64,000 nt of DNA from Podarcis liolepis (lineage: Eukaryota). The position numbers were made by a program, and so were the translations under genes. Each line of letters begins with the position of its first letter. Position 1 is the first letter of the stretch. Where the stretch lies: assembly GCA_965112155.1 (NCBI GenBank), contig OZ218098.1; one strand, written 5' to 3'. A model generated the notes under the pieces. That model saw only the letters and a list, made by a program, of their open reading frames with translations, ran no database searches and was not told the origin of the DNA. This document shows, piece by piece, positions 63,246 to 64,000 of this stretch.

Positions 63246-64000
63246 AAAGTATTGATCATAGAATATGTTGTAAAATTATGGGATATGGCCATTCTGAATA
63301 AAGTAAAGTAGATTCCCTAAAAGTAAATTGTGTGCACTTGTATCTTTACATAGCTACCCAAAGAACCATCCATGTTAAGTAATATGGGATTTGAAATGTA
63401 TTTCAGGCTAACTTTGAAGTTGCAAGTCAACAAAATTTAGAAGAGAAAAACTATGAGCATCTGTATATACCAGTGGGCTATATAAATAAACTTTTTTTTT
63501 GTTTCCTTAGTTTATTCTTGTAACATTAACATGTTTGTTACATCTTGTTTGCATTATGTAATGATATAATGTCTGTATATATGTATTTATTATATTCTCC
63601 CCTATCTTGTTTTAAGCTGAAAAAGTATTAAACATTAAAAAGAAACTACAATTTTTGTTCTTTTTGTTATAAATAAAATTAGAGAAAACGTGTGGGTACA
63701 TTCCAATGCACCACTTCATCACTAAAAGAATAACTAATTATAACAAAATTACAAAGACAAGCAAAAAGAACTAAAAAGAGATGTAACAATTTACATAACC
63801 CTATTGTGTATAAGAACCATCACATTATTTCATTTTCCCTAATTTTTTTATTTACCCTACCAAATATAAGATAAAGATTTACAGTCTGATATTTTACCAA
63901 GAAACCATTTATAATTCAAATGTCTACATCTACATTGGATGTACTTGAATTACCAAAAGCAATTTATTTATTTTAAGAAATTCATAATGTAGGAAAAAAG

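Noticed and set aside
63250-64000. Possible L1 3' UTR remnants (also about 4130-4490)
   Set aside because: AT-rich and only vaguely L1-like; not enough motif support to call.

Overview
This is AT-rich, CpG-depleted vertebrate genomic DNA, almost certainly from a squamate. The two Sauria-type SINEs point to a lacertid lizard, though that assignment is my inference. I can support no host protein-coding gene, rRNA, functional tRNA or CRISPR array; the window reads as intergenic DNA or a long intron. It is dense with transposable elements: Sauria SINEs, tRNA-headed SINEs with CR1-like tails, L2, CR1 and L1 LINE relics (one L2 piece keeps a 243-codon open ORF2 C-terminus), and many non-autonomous DNA transposons (hAT-type with 8-bp TSDs, Tc2/pogo-type with TA TSDs). 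Several of these are nested inside one another. There are two assembly gaps and several TE-free, motif-rich blocks that look like conserved enhancers. The most unusual feature is a young hAT MITE present in three copies (17-185, 26374-26520, 56288-56449). It carries a variable-number 22-bp tandem repeat built around the telomeric hexamer CCCTAA/TTAGGG. TE family names come from my own pattern recognition and need a Dfam/Repbase check.
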